DNA of 64,000 bases. It comes from Anaeramoeba ignava BMAN (Eukaryota; Protista; Anaeramoebae). The number at the start of each line of letters is the position of its first letter. The first letter of the stretch is position 1. Below, one piece after another: positions 49,080 through 60,255 of this stretch. The translations under genes and the position numbers were made by a program. The stretch spans positions 504,758 through 568,757 of the forward strand of contig JAPDFW010000022.1 of the NCBI GenBank assembly GCA_028826165.1, given 5' to 3'. Under the pieces are notes generated by a model. That model searched no databases. It was given only the letters and a program-made list of their open reading frames with translations, and had not been told where the DNA came from.

Positions 49080-51197
49080 TCATAATAAATCAGACACATT
49101 CATTGGCATTTCATCAATTTGAGTTCCATAAAATTGCTCTATATCTCTTAATATTCTAATATCATCTGATTTAACAAAATTAATTGCAATTCCTTTTCTT
49201 CCAAATCTTCCAGATCGTCCAATTCTATGAATATAAGTCTCTCTTGAAATCGGCAGGTCATAATTAATAACAAGAGAAACTTGTTGAACATCAATTCCAC
49301 GAGCCCAAACATCTGTTGTTATCAAAACACGACTAATATATTTATCAAAAAGGGGGCAAAGTGAAAGAAATGAGAACAAAAAATTAACAGAAAAAAAAAA
49401 GAAAAAAAAGAATATAAATTTGTACCTTTTTCCATCTCGGAAGTCTTGCATAATTTGTTCGCGCTCTTTCTGCGGCATCTGTCCATGCATTGAAGAAACA
49501 GTGAAATTATTTTCAATCATTTTTAAAGCTAAAGCTTTAACTTTTTCTCTTGTATTGCAAAAAATAACTGCTTGTGTAATTGTAAGTGTGTCATATAGAT
49601 CACATAATGTCTCGAATTTCCAATCTTCTTGCTCAACTGCTACAAAAAATTGTTTGATTTCATCTAATGTTAATTCATCTCGTTTGATTAATATTTTGAT
49701 TGGATCTGTCATGAATTTTGTTGTCATTTCTAAAACTTGACTTGGAAGTGTTGCGCTAACAATCACTACCTATATTATTACATGAAATTAATTTTAATTT
49801 TAATATTAATTTTGATTTTAATTTTAATTTTAATATTATAAATGAATTTTAATTTTGATTTTAATTTTAATTTTAATATTGATTTTAATTTTGATTTTAA
49901 TTTTAATATTGATTTTAATTTTAATTTTAATTTTAATATCAATTAAATTAATATTAAAATTATGTACTTGAGTTGCAGGAGGAAGAAATCTATAAATATC
50001 ATAAATTTGGTCTTTAAAACCAAGTGATAACATTTCATCAGCTTCATCTAAAATAAGCATTCTTATTGATCTAGTTCTAAGATTACGACGTGTAATCATA
50101 TCTAATAGAATATTCAAAAAATAAATTAATCAATATATCTAATAAATAAATAAATGTTTATTTGTTTATTTATTTATTTACCAAAAACTCTTCCTGGTGT
50201 TCCTGTAACAACATGAACTCCAAAATCAAGAACTCTAATATCTTCTCCAATAGATTTTCCTCCAATACAACAATGTGATTTAGTTTTCATATAATCTCCA
50301 ATTGAATTCACAACCTAATTTTTTAATTTTGATATTAATTTTAATTTTAATTTTAATTTTAATTTTAATTTTAATTTTAATTTTAATTTTAATTTTAATT
50401 TTAATATTAATTTTAATTTTAATTTTAATTTTAATTTTTTAATTTTAATTTTAATTTTATTTTAATTTTAATTTTAATTTTTAATTTTAATTTTAATTTT
50501 AATTTTAATTTTAATTTTAATTTTAATTTTAATTTTAATTTTAATTTTAATTTTAATTTTAATTTTAATATTAATTTTAATTTTAATTTTAATTTTAATT
50601 TTAATTTTAATTTTAATTTTAATTTTAATTTTAATTTTAATTTTAATTTTAATTTTAATTTTAATTTTAATTTTAATTTTAATTTTAATTTTAATTTTAA
50701 TTTTAATTTTTAATTTTAATTTTAATTTTAATTTTAATTTTAATTTTGATTTTTAATTACTGATTGAGTTTGTTGAGCAAGTTCTCGTGTTGGAGCTAAA
50801 ATAAGTGCTTGAGGTTCCTTTGAAGAAATATTAATTGATTGTAAAGCTCCAATAACAAAAGCAGCTGTTTTTCCTGTTCCACTTTGTGATTGAGCAATTA
50901 CATCTCTACCTTTTGTAATAGGAACAATTGCACGTTGTTGAATTGCTGAAGGTTTTTCAAATCCTTATTAAAAAATTTTAATTAAAAAATTAAAATAAAA
51001 ATTTAAATTAAATTAAATTAAAAAATTAATTAAAAATTTAAATTAAAAATTTAAAACTTACCAGCTTCATAAATTCCTCGAAGAAGTGTCTCTTTTAAAT
51101 GCATTTTTTCAAAAGAACGATAAACTTTTACATTACTACTTGTTTCAAATTCAAGTTTTTCATCATCTTTAAAAGAAAATTCTGAATCAATTGACAT
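49080..51197 (-). CDS. EIF4A3: eIF4A-III (DDX48) exon-junction-complex DEAD-box helicase, 6 exons
   Basis: [49 protein letters not shown], the eIF4A3-type [21 protein letters not shown] and [34 protein letters not shown]. Confidence 0.95.
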
Positions 51198-51585
51198 TTT
51201 ATAAATTTTTTTTTTTTTTGCAAAATGAAAAATGAAAAATGAAAAATGAAAAATGAAAAAATTAAAAAATTATTTTTTTTTATTTAAAAAATCGGAAAAA
51301 AAAATTCAATTTTGACTTTGATTTCAATTTTAATTCTGATTTTGATTTTGATTTCAATTTCAATATTTGATTTTAATTTCAATTTTAATTTTAATTTTAA
51401 TTTTAAATTTTGATTTTGATTTTGATTTTGATTTTAATTTTAATTTCAATTTTAATTTTAATTTTAATTTCAATTTTAATTCCGATTTTAATTTTGATTT
51501 TGATTTCAATTTCAATATTAAATTTTGATTTCAATTTTGATTTCAATTTCAATATTAAATTTTGATTTTAATTTTAATTTTAATT

Positions 51586-54311
51586 TTAATTTTGGAATTG
51601 ATTTATTTTTTGATTTGCTAATTGTTGATTATGAAGAAAATCTGAAATATAAGAAATAAAATTATCTTCATCAATTTCAACTGAAAAAACATCACCAGAT
51701 AAATTAAGAGCAATAAAACCTTTGCCAAATTCATCCAAAACAACTTGGAAAATAGAACTATTAGAAATTCTACCTCTAAAAATAAAAGTTCCAGTTTGAA
51801 GATCAAAAATATCCAAAAATCCAGCTTTTGTAATTAAATAAATAATTGAATATTTCTCACTAATTTTGATTGAAACAGGAAAATCTTGTTCAAATTGAGG
51901 ATCTATTATTAAATCAGTTGAAATCTTCTGAAATTTAGGTTCATTATGTTTTTGATCAGCTCCAAGTTCGAAAATATGAAGTTTTGAAGTTTCACTTGTT
52001 TTTAAATTGAATACAAGAAGTGTTGTTTTTGTTGTTGCTCCTTCTACTTGGAAATCACAAAAGGATACTGCTTCACTTTGTAATATTTGTGAAACTTGTT
52101 TATCAATTGAATAAAGTTGTGTTATTCCAGATATTCTTAGTTCTTTCATTTGTAATCCTGTCAATGCACACCATTTTTGATCTGATGAAACTTGATAACT
52201 AATAAATTGTGAAGATGTGTTTTCTTCTTGTTGAATATTAAAGATTAATTTTGGAACAGAATCATCTAAAAAAAAGAGGAACAAAATATTTCAATTAAAT
52301 CAAATTTAAATTAAATTTAAATCAAATCAAAATTAAATCAAAATTAAATCAAAATTAAATCAAATCAATATTAAATCAAAATTAAATCAAAATTAAATCA
52401 AATTAAATCAAATCAATATTAAATCAAAATTAAATCAAAATTAAATCAATATTAAATTAAAATTAAATCAAATCAATATTAAATCAAAATTAAATCAAAT
52501 CAAATTAAATTAAATTAAAATTAAATTAAAATTAAATTAAAATTAAATTAAAAAAATCAAAATTAAATCAAAATTAAAAAATTAAATCAATATTAAATTA
52601 AATTCAAATTAAATCAAAATCAAATCAAATTAAATCAAAATTAATAAATCAAAATTAAATCAAAATTAAATCAATATTAAATCAATATTAAATCAAAATT
52701 AAAAAATCAATATTAAAAAATAAAATAAATCAATATTAAATCAAAAATTAAATCAAATCAAATCAAAATAAAAAAATTAAATCAAAAAAATTAAATCAAA
52801 ATCAAAATCAAACTCAAAATTAAATCAAAATTAAATCAAATTAAAATCAAAATTAAATTAAATCAAAATTAAATTAAATCAATATTAAATCAAATCAATA
52901 TTAAATCAAAATTAAATTAAATCAAAATTAAATCAATATTAAATCAAAATTAAATCAAATCAAAATCAAATTAAATTAAATTAAAATTAAATCAAAATTA
53001 AATCAAAATCAAATTAAATTAAATCAATATCAAATCAATATTAAATCAATATCAAATCAAAAAAATTAAATCAAAATCAAAATTAAATTAAATCAAAATT
53101 AAATTAAATCAAAATTAAATCAAAATTCAATACAAATTAAATCAAAATTAAATCACTATTAAATCAAAATTAAATCAAAATTAAATCAAAATTAAATCAT
53201 TAAATTAAAATTAAATCAAAATTAAATCAAATCAATATTAAATCAAAATTAAATCAAATCAAAATTAAATCAAAATTAAATCAAATCAAAATCAAATAAA
53301 TATTAAATCAAATCAAATTAAATCAAAAAATCAAAATCAAATCAAAAATAAATCAAAATTAAATCAAAATTAAATCAAATCAAAATTAAATCAAATTAAA
53401 TCAAATTAAATCAAATCAAATCAAAATTAATTAAATCAAAATTAAATCAATATTAAATTCAAATCAAATCAATATTAAATCAATATTAAATCAAAATCAA
53501 ATCAAAATCAATATTAAATCAAAATTAAATCAAAATTAAATCAAAATTAAATCAAATTAAATCAAAATCAAAAATTAAATCAAATTAAATTAATATTAAA
53601 TCAAATTAAAAATATTAAATTAAATTAATATTAAATCAAAATTAAATTAAATCAATATTAAATCAAAATTAAATCAAAATTAAATCAAATCAAAATCAAA
53701 TTAAATCAAAATTAAATCAATATTAAATTAAATCAAAATTAAATCAAATTAATAAAATCAAATCAAAAATATTAAATCAAATCAATATTAAATCAATAAT
53801 AAATCAAATTAAACTAAATTAATTTGTGTATAAAATTACCATTAATTTTCCAATGATAAACTGCTTTTTGTGTCACAATTCCAAGTTCTTCTGCTGAAAT
53901 CCATTTCCAAAATAAAGGTTCTTCATCCAAAATTTGACTTTTCAATTTTGATTTTGCTTCTAAATCAAAAACTTGTAAATTATTTTGAGCTTTTTTTTTA
54001 AAAAGAAGAAAAAGAAAAATTTAAGAAAAAAATTAAAAAAGCAAAAAAAAAAGAAAAATACATCTTAATGCAATAATTTTAGAAACTGGATTCATTATGG
54101 CAGAATCTGCTTTGATAAATTGTCTCCAAATGTTTTCTGGTTCTTTTAAATCAATTATTGCTACTTTAAAAGAATTGTCTTTTATTTCTAGAACACTAAT
54201 GTATTTATAACTTTCCATTTTTGTTTTTGCAAATCGAAGATGTTCATTCGCAATTCCTAAATTTGTTAAATTGAAAAGTTTTGTGATTTTAATTGGTAAA
54301 AGTTGTTGCAT
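51586..54311 (-). CDS. Clathrin heavy-chain N-terminal beta-propeller-only protein (359 aa); exons 54311-54062, 53989-53840, 52265-51586
   Basis: MQQLLPIK, MESYKYI, ADSAIMNPVSKIIALR, LQVFDLEAKSKLKS, FWKWIS, QLYS, DFPVS, IYLITKAGF, RIS. Exons total 1080 nt and end at a stop about 390 nt before the eIF4A3 ATG. Confidence 0.88.
52290..53820. repeat. Intronic (TAAATCAAAAT)-type microsatellite in clathrin-like intron 2
   Basis: About 1.5-kb degenerate 5/6/11-nt array between the donor at 53839 and the acceptor at 52266. Confidence 0.93.
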
Positions 54312-54430
54312 TTTAAATTTAAAGAAGAAAAAAAAAGAAGAGAAAAATGAAATTAAAATCAAATTAAATTAAATCCAAATTTAATTAAATTAAATCCAAA
54401 AATCAAAATCAAAAAATTCAAAAAAGAAAA

Positions 54431-57400
54431 TCAATTAAAAGAACGTGAAACTCGTGGATTTCTTAATACTTCTTGTAATAATTCTCCTGTTAAAAACATT
54501 TGCTCATATTTCTTCAACATATCAGAATCCAAATACAAATCTTTTCCTCTTCTAACACCAATATCTTCTTCATTCCATTTATCCTTGAAAATACTTTTCA
54601 ATAAAATAACTCCAGCTCGAGGAATAAAAGATAAAATTGCTGAAGCTAACTGTCCTTTAATACACAAATATAACCCATTCCCACCAACTTTTCGAGAATG
54701 GCGCACAATATCTTGCTCAGTGTTTTTTGTTAAAGCGTTTTTTATCTTCAGATCAACAATATTCCCTGTTATTAAACATAATCCTGCATTTTCAGGAATT
54801 GGATTCCCTTGATCATCAACTTTCCTCTCATACTGGTGCCAAATCAAATTGAATCGAGTAGGGATTGGATAGAAAGAAAAGGTATGAATAGGCGCGAGAA
54901 GAAGCTTTTCTGAGCTTTCTTTGGTATCTTGATTATTTCTCAATGATTTACATTTGTCAACAAATTGGATGAATGATTTAGGTGTTGAATTCAAAAAATT
55001 TTCGATCGATATTTCAATTCCAAGAGCTTCACAAATTTCAGAAAAGCTTCGCGATCTGAATTCTTTTGGTGACGATGTTGATGATTGGTCGATGCAATGC
55101 TCATGATATAGAAGTATTTTTCTGAAAAAAGGAAGACAAAGTGATTCGATTGAAGGAATTAAATCAGATTCATTTAAAATTCGAAGAGTCACAGGTTCTT
55201 TCTCATCAAATCCACAATTTTCAATCAATGACCATTTTTTTTGCAGAGACGTATCAACAAAAATTGACCGAATGGATTGATACAAAAGGGGGTAAAAAAA
55301 TGCATAACAAGCAAGAACAAAAACATTATGTTGCAAAGAAATATTTTCCGAAAAAAGTGAAACAAAAAGAACAAAAAGTTGTGTAAGATCAGCATTTTCA
55401 ATGGTAAGATTTTTTGACTCTAAATGAGTGCAATTAGATATCAAATTCCATAATTGGTTTTTGAGATTTTGGCGTACTTTAATTCCTTCCTTTGTGAAAT
55501 TTCCAGTAATTAAACTTATTCTATAAAATGTTTGAAGTTGGAAATGTTGAGTAGGTGAAAGAGAAGGATTTTCTTGTGAAATAAGTGAATTATTAAATAT
55601 TGATAAAGAGTTTGAAACTAATTCTGAAATGATCCAAAAAGATTCTTCTTTTTCTGAATTAGTTTCAACATTTAATTCTGAACGTATAAAACTAATTGAT
55701 CCAATAAAAGAATCAATAGCATCTGTTAATTTTTTTGAGCAAATAATTGGTTCGCAAGATTCTTTTTTGATGAGGTTTGTGAGTTTTATTGATGATTTTT
55801 CAAAGATATTTAATGTATCATTAATTTGATTTTGATTTTGAATTTGATTTTGATTTTCAATTTGATTTTCATTTTCAATTTTAATTTCATTTTGATTTTC
55901 AATTTGATTTTGATTTTCATTTTCATTTTCATTTTGATTTTCAATTTTATTTTCATTTTCATTTTCATTTCCATTATTTAAAATCAGTAAAGCCAACACT
56001 GAATCAGGAATAATAGGTACAACAACATTTGCAAGTTGCCTTTCTAAAGGGCAAAGATATTCTGCTTTTGTAATATCTATTATACCCATACCTTCATAAA
56101 ATTTACGAAGTAAACTTCTCTCAATTAAAGAAGATAAATAAGCTTGATAACAATCAATATGCATTAAATGACCACAACTTAAAACATGAATGCGATCTTC
56201 AATAAGTCCTGATTGATATGATTTTTTGTTGTGAATAAAGTAGTTCTGTTGAACTGATTGCGATAAATTTGAAATATTTGTTAAACCAATCAAACCAAGT
56301 GGTTTGGATTCAAGTGGTTCTGTTTCTTCTTTGCAAAGAACACAACGGAGAAAAGTTGTTTGTTTTCCATATGGAAGATCCAAAAAATTCGAATCAAATA
56401 CTGTCCATGCTTTTTTTTCTGATGAATCTATTGCAATTTGATTTGCATTTTCGTCTTTGTTCAATTTTGGATCCAAATTGCTTCCGTTTTTCTCATTAAC
56501 GTTCTCCATTTTGACTAACTCTTCTTTATGTTCTTTTGCGAATTTATTGATTTTGATATTGAATTGTGCCATAATCTGTTCCCGTTTTAGTTTTGCCATT
56601 CTTTGTCGTTCTTCTTCTTCTTTTTGTTTATTAAGATTAACAAAATTGGGAATTTTTTCACCAATTATATTTTCGAATTCGGAACTTTTTTTTTGTAAAG
56701 TTTGAAGAATATTTTGGATCAAAAAAGCACTTTCTTCGTTGAGATTTTGTGTATGCAATTCAATAAGCAAAGTGACAAAACTAAAGTCTCCTTTTTGAGT
56801 ATGAATTTCGTGTTTTGCGTTAATGAGGAAATTTTCTGAAGTTGGAAATCTGAATTCTTCTTTTAATATTTCTGAAAAATTATCCTTTTCGTGTTCCATT
56901 TTTTCCTTTTTCAATTCTAATTCTTCTTCTTTTTTTAAATATTCAACTTCTTCTTGATCAATTTCAACTTGATTTTGTTTGTTTTTCTTTTCCTGATCAT
57001 CTAATTCTTTTTCTTTGGCTATCAAATCATGCTTTTTTTGTTTCAATTTAAACTTTTTTTGTTTCAAAGTTTCCAATTTTTGATTCCATTCTTTTTCTTT
57101 TTCTTTATAATTTTCTTTTTCTTGATAAATAATAAGAATTTTGAAACTAATTAATAATTTTTCCTTCTCAATAAGTTCAATTTGTTTTCTGATATATTCA
57201 CGTTCTTCTTGAATAAGGTTTTGATTTGAAATTTGGAAATCTTTCTGTTCGTCAATGTATTCCTTGTGTTTCTGAAGACAAATAGATTCCAAATCAAATA
57301 GTTCTTGTTCTTTTCTTTTTAATTCTATTGTCATATTTTCAAGATTTTCATTTGAATCGAAGTTATGGTTTTGGTTCTCTTTCAGAATTCGCACTTTGTG

Positions 57401-60198
57401 CTTTTCTTGCTCAATTATTTTCATTCTTTCCCTTTCTTCATTTGAAATTTCCAAATAATCAATTTGCAAAATTAATTGAATGCAAATCAATGCTAAATTA
57501 AGCACTTCCTCAGAAGAATAAACGCTTTTAAATGTATAATTGAATAAAATGCCAAAAAGAATTTTGTGCATTTGATGATTGAATAAGATTTTTGGCAAAT
57601 GCCTAAATGAATGATGAGGGTTTTTATAAAAAGGCCTTGGAGAGATGGCAGGGAGTTTGGTGCCTTCCTTCTTGTTTTTCATATGAATAGATTGCAGATA
57701 GTTCTCCTCCGCCTTTTGAATTTCAATGGGGGAATAATGAGGGAAAAATTGGCCTTCAAATTCAGACCAGAATTTGGGATTTAAATGAAAAATCACAGAT
57801 TCTTTTGGAGATAATGCGACTTCATGCAAAATTTGCTCTAAACTTTGCTCATTAAAAACTTCAGGATCAATTAGTTTCTTAAACGTACTATGAGTGTTTG
57901 GTTTTACACAAAGCCAATGGATAACCTCTCTTCTGAGGATTTGTTTTTGACTGAGAGAACCAACATAGGCGCGTTCGATGAGGATCATGATGATCAACCT
58001 AAGGAAACTTGCGCCCATTGAACATACAAATTTAGCATTTGGTTCTGTGGAATTTTTAGTGCTCATCTCTGCGGAATTCAAATACCAGATCTTGTTGATC
58101 TGAAATGTATTTGCAAGCGAAGAAATGAATAAATTGGAATCCATTAAAATAACTGCAATTTGAAGTAATAAAAGATCACAATCAAAAAATAAAGAATAAA
58201 AAGGCGAAGTTTTTTGGAGTTCTGAGCTGCGCCTGATACTCATGCCGTTAAGATTCCAAAAGCCGTTATCTATCTGAGCAGAAACAGCAAGCGAACGCAC
58301 AACATGTTCAATTAAAAGAAGAAATTTTTTGAAGTTGAGTGGAAATGCAATGGAAGTTTTGCCAAGAACATCCGCAACTTCCAACCCCCATTGTTTGGCT
58401 GCCGAAACAGTAAGAACAGCCAACAACCTTTGTAGAGGCAAGTGCACCGAGACCGGATTTAAAGAGATGTCGTAGTTGTATATTTTATATGAGGAAAAAA
58501 TGGATGAATTATCAAAAGTGTTTGAGATGAGAATTTTTTTGAGTTGCAGATCTTGGTAGATTTGGTTGTTTTCATTTGTCCACAAGATAATTGCATCCAC
58601 AATAATATTCATGACTTGATCAATACTATTTTTGAGTGATGTTGTTAATTTGCCTGGTTTGATAGCTTGGTGGATTTTTGTTGTTGGAGTAATTTCATTT
58701 TCGCCGGAAATAAAACCTTTAATCAAATTAATAAAAAGTGGATTGAAGAAAAAATACAAGAAGAAAATTTTTTCCCAAGTGGAATCCTCAAAGAGAATAT
58801 GCGCAGAATATTGTCTTTGCAATCTATTTACGCCTTGTAATTTTGAGATGATTTGCAAGAATGATTTGAATAAAGAATTTCTTTTTATCATCATAAATTG
58901 AGAATAGTAAATGCCGTTCAACACAAACTTCATATCCGAAGTGGGTTTCCAAAGAGATCTGCGCAAAATTATGGGATGAGATAAATCAATAGTGAGCGGT
59001 TTGGGATCCATTTTTTGGGCTGTTTCTGTGTCAAAAGGAACTAATGCTTCGCTAAGAACGGAAAGCAAGGTTTCCAATTGAATTTCTAATAAATTATATT
59101 GTTCACAAAAAATTGGAGCAAATACTGCTTTAGTAAAAAGTTGAACAGAAAATTCTGAAGTATCTTCCACTTTTTCAGTTGAAATACAATGGCGGAATAT
59201 CATTTCTTGATAAAAATGAAGAAAACAAACAAAAAACTCCTTCTTCAACGGCTGATCGCGGATTGCGTTGTACCACAATTGAACCAATGAGTTGTTCAAT
59301 TGATCTTTTTCAATATTTGTTAATCTTATTAAAAATTCAAGTGCGTTGATTTCGTTTCCTCCGCTAATCATCGGTGAAGTAACTTTTTTGGCAGCAAGTT
59401 CGAGACCAGTGAGTCTGCGAACCCCATCGCTGAGATCGATAAACTCAGTGAACCAATTCAATAGCTCAATGATTTCTTTGCTATTTTTGGAAATATTGGG
59501 AAATTGAATTTTTTGGAAAATCTTGATTTCGCTGATTTTTTGCTGGATTAAATCTGGATCGATATTGGCTTGAATTTCCGACAATCTCTCACTGAAAAGA
59601 AAAACAAGATAATCAAGAACAGAACTTATGACCAGGGGGAGTCTAGTGCGGAAGTCTTCAGGAAGGAAATTTTCTGGATGTTCTGGTGTTCCATGATGAA
59701 ATTTGCAATTTCCTGCTGGATCCCACGACTGGTCATCTCCACAATCACACATACCAATGCCTCCCTTGACGCATGAATAATCGTGCCCTTCATGATTACC
59801 TGCAAGAAAACATTTCACACATATGGCACTTGTGGGGTCCAATCCGCATGTACGACATTCATAGCATAATTCACCTTCTCTCCATGATTCTCGACAACAG
59901 CCGGAATTTTGTTCACCTATTTCTTTTATATTTGCAAAATAACTTTTTGGTTCTTCTCCTCCTGATAATATCCATTCAATCCAGTTTGTGAAGTTTTGGA
60001 TCTTTTTCTCTTCAGGATTCTTTGTTAGTGAATCAATAAATTCTTTAATTAAATTTTCAGACTTTTTTTTTTTTGGTTTGATTTAATTTATAAAAAAAGA
60101 TTTTTTTTTTGATTTAATTTTTGAATTAGTTTTCTTTTTACTTCACTTAATTTTAAAGCTGTTTCTTTTTTTGATTTTAAAAAATTTAAAAAATCCAT
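54431..60198 (-). CDS. UBR1/UBR2/PRT6-like N-degron E3 ubiquitin ligase; intron 60062-60141
   Basis: UBR box CYECRTCGLDPTSAICVKCF..NHEGHDY...GMCDCGDDQSW....CKFH, SVQLFT, VSVHLPLQR, LRREVIHWLC, RING CVLCKE...SCGHLMHIDC...EYLCPL, and EEDIGVRRGKDLYL. Confidence 0.93.
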
Positions 60199-60255
60199 TC
60201 TTATAAAAAGGAAAAAAATGAAAATCCAAAAAACGGAAAAAAAATTTAATTCAAT

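Noticed and set aside
49080-60198. Inteins or mobile elements in conserved genes (helicase, E3 ligase)
   Set aside because: No intein-like insertions, transposase or reverse-transcriptase motifs were seen. The UBR insertions are coiled-coil or low-complexity
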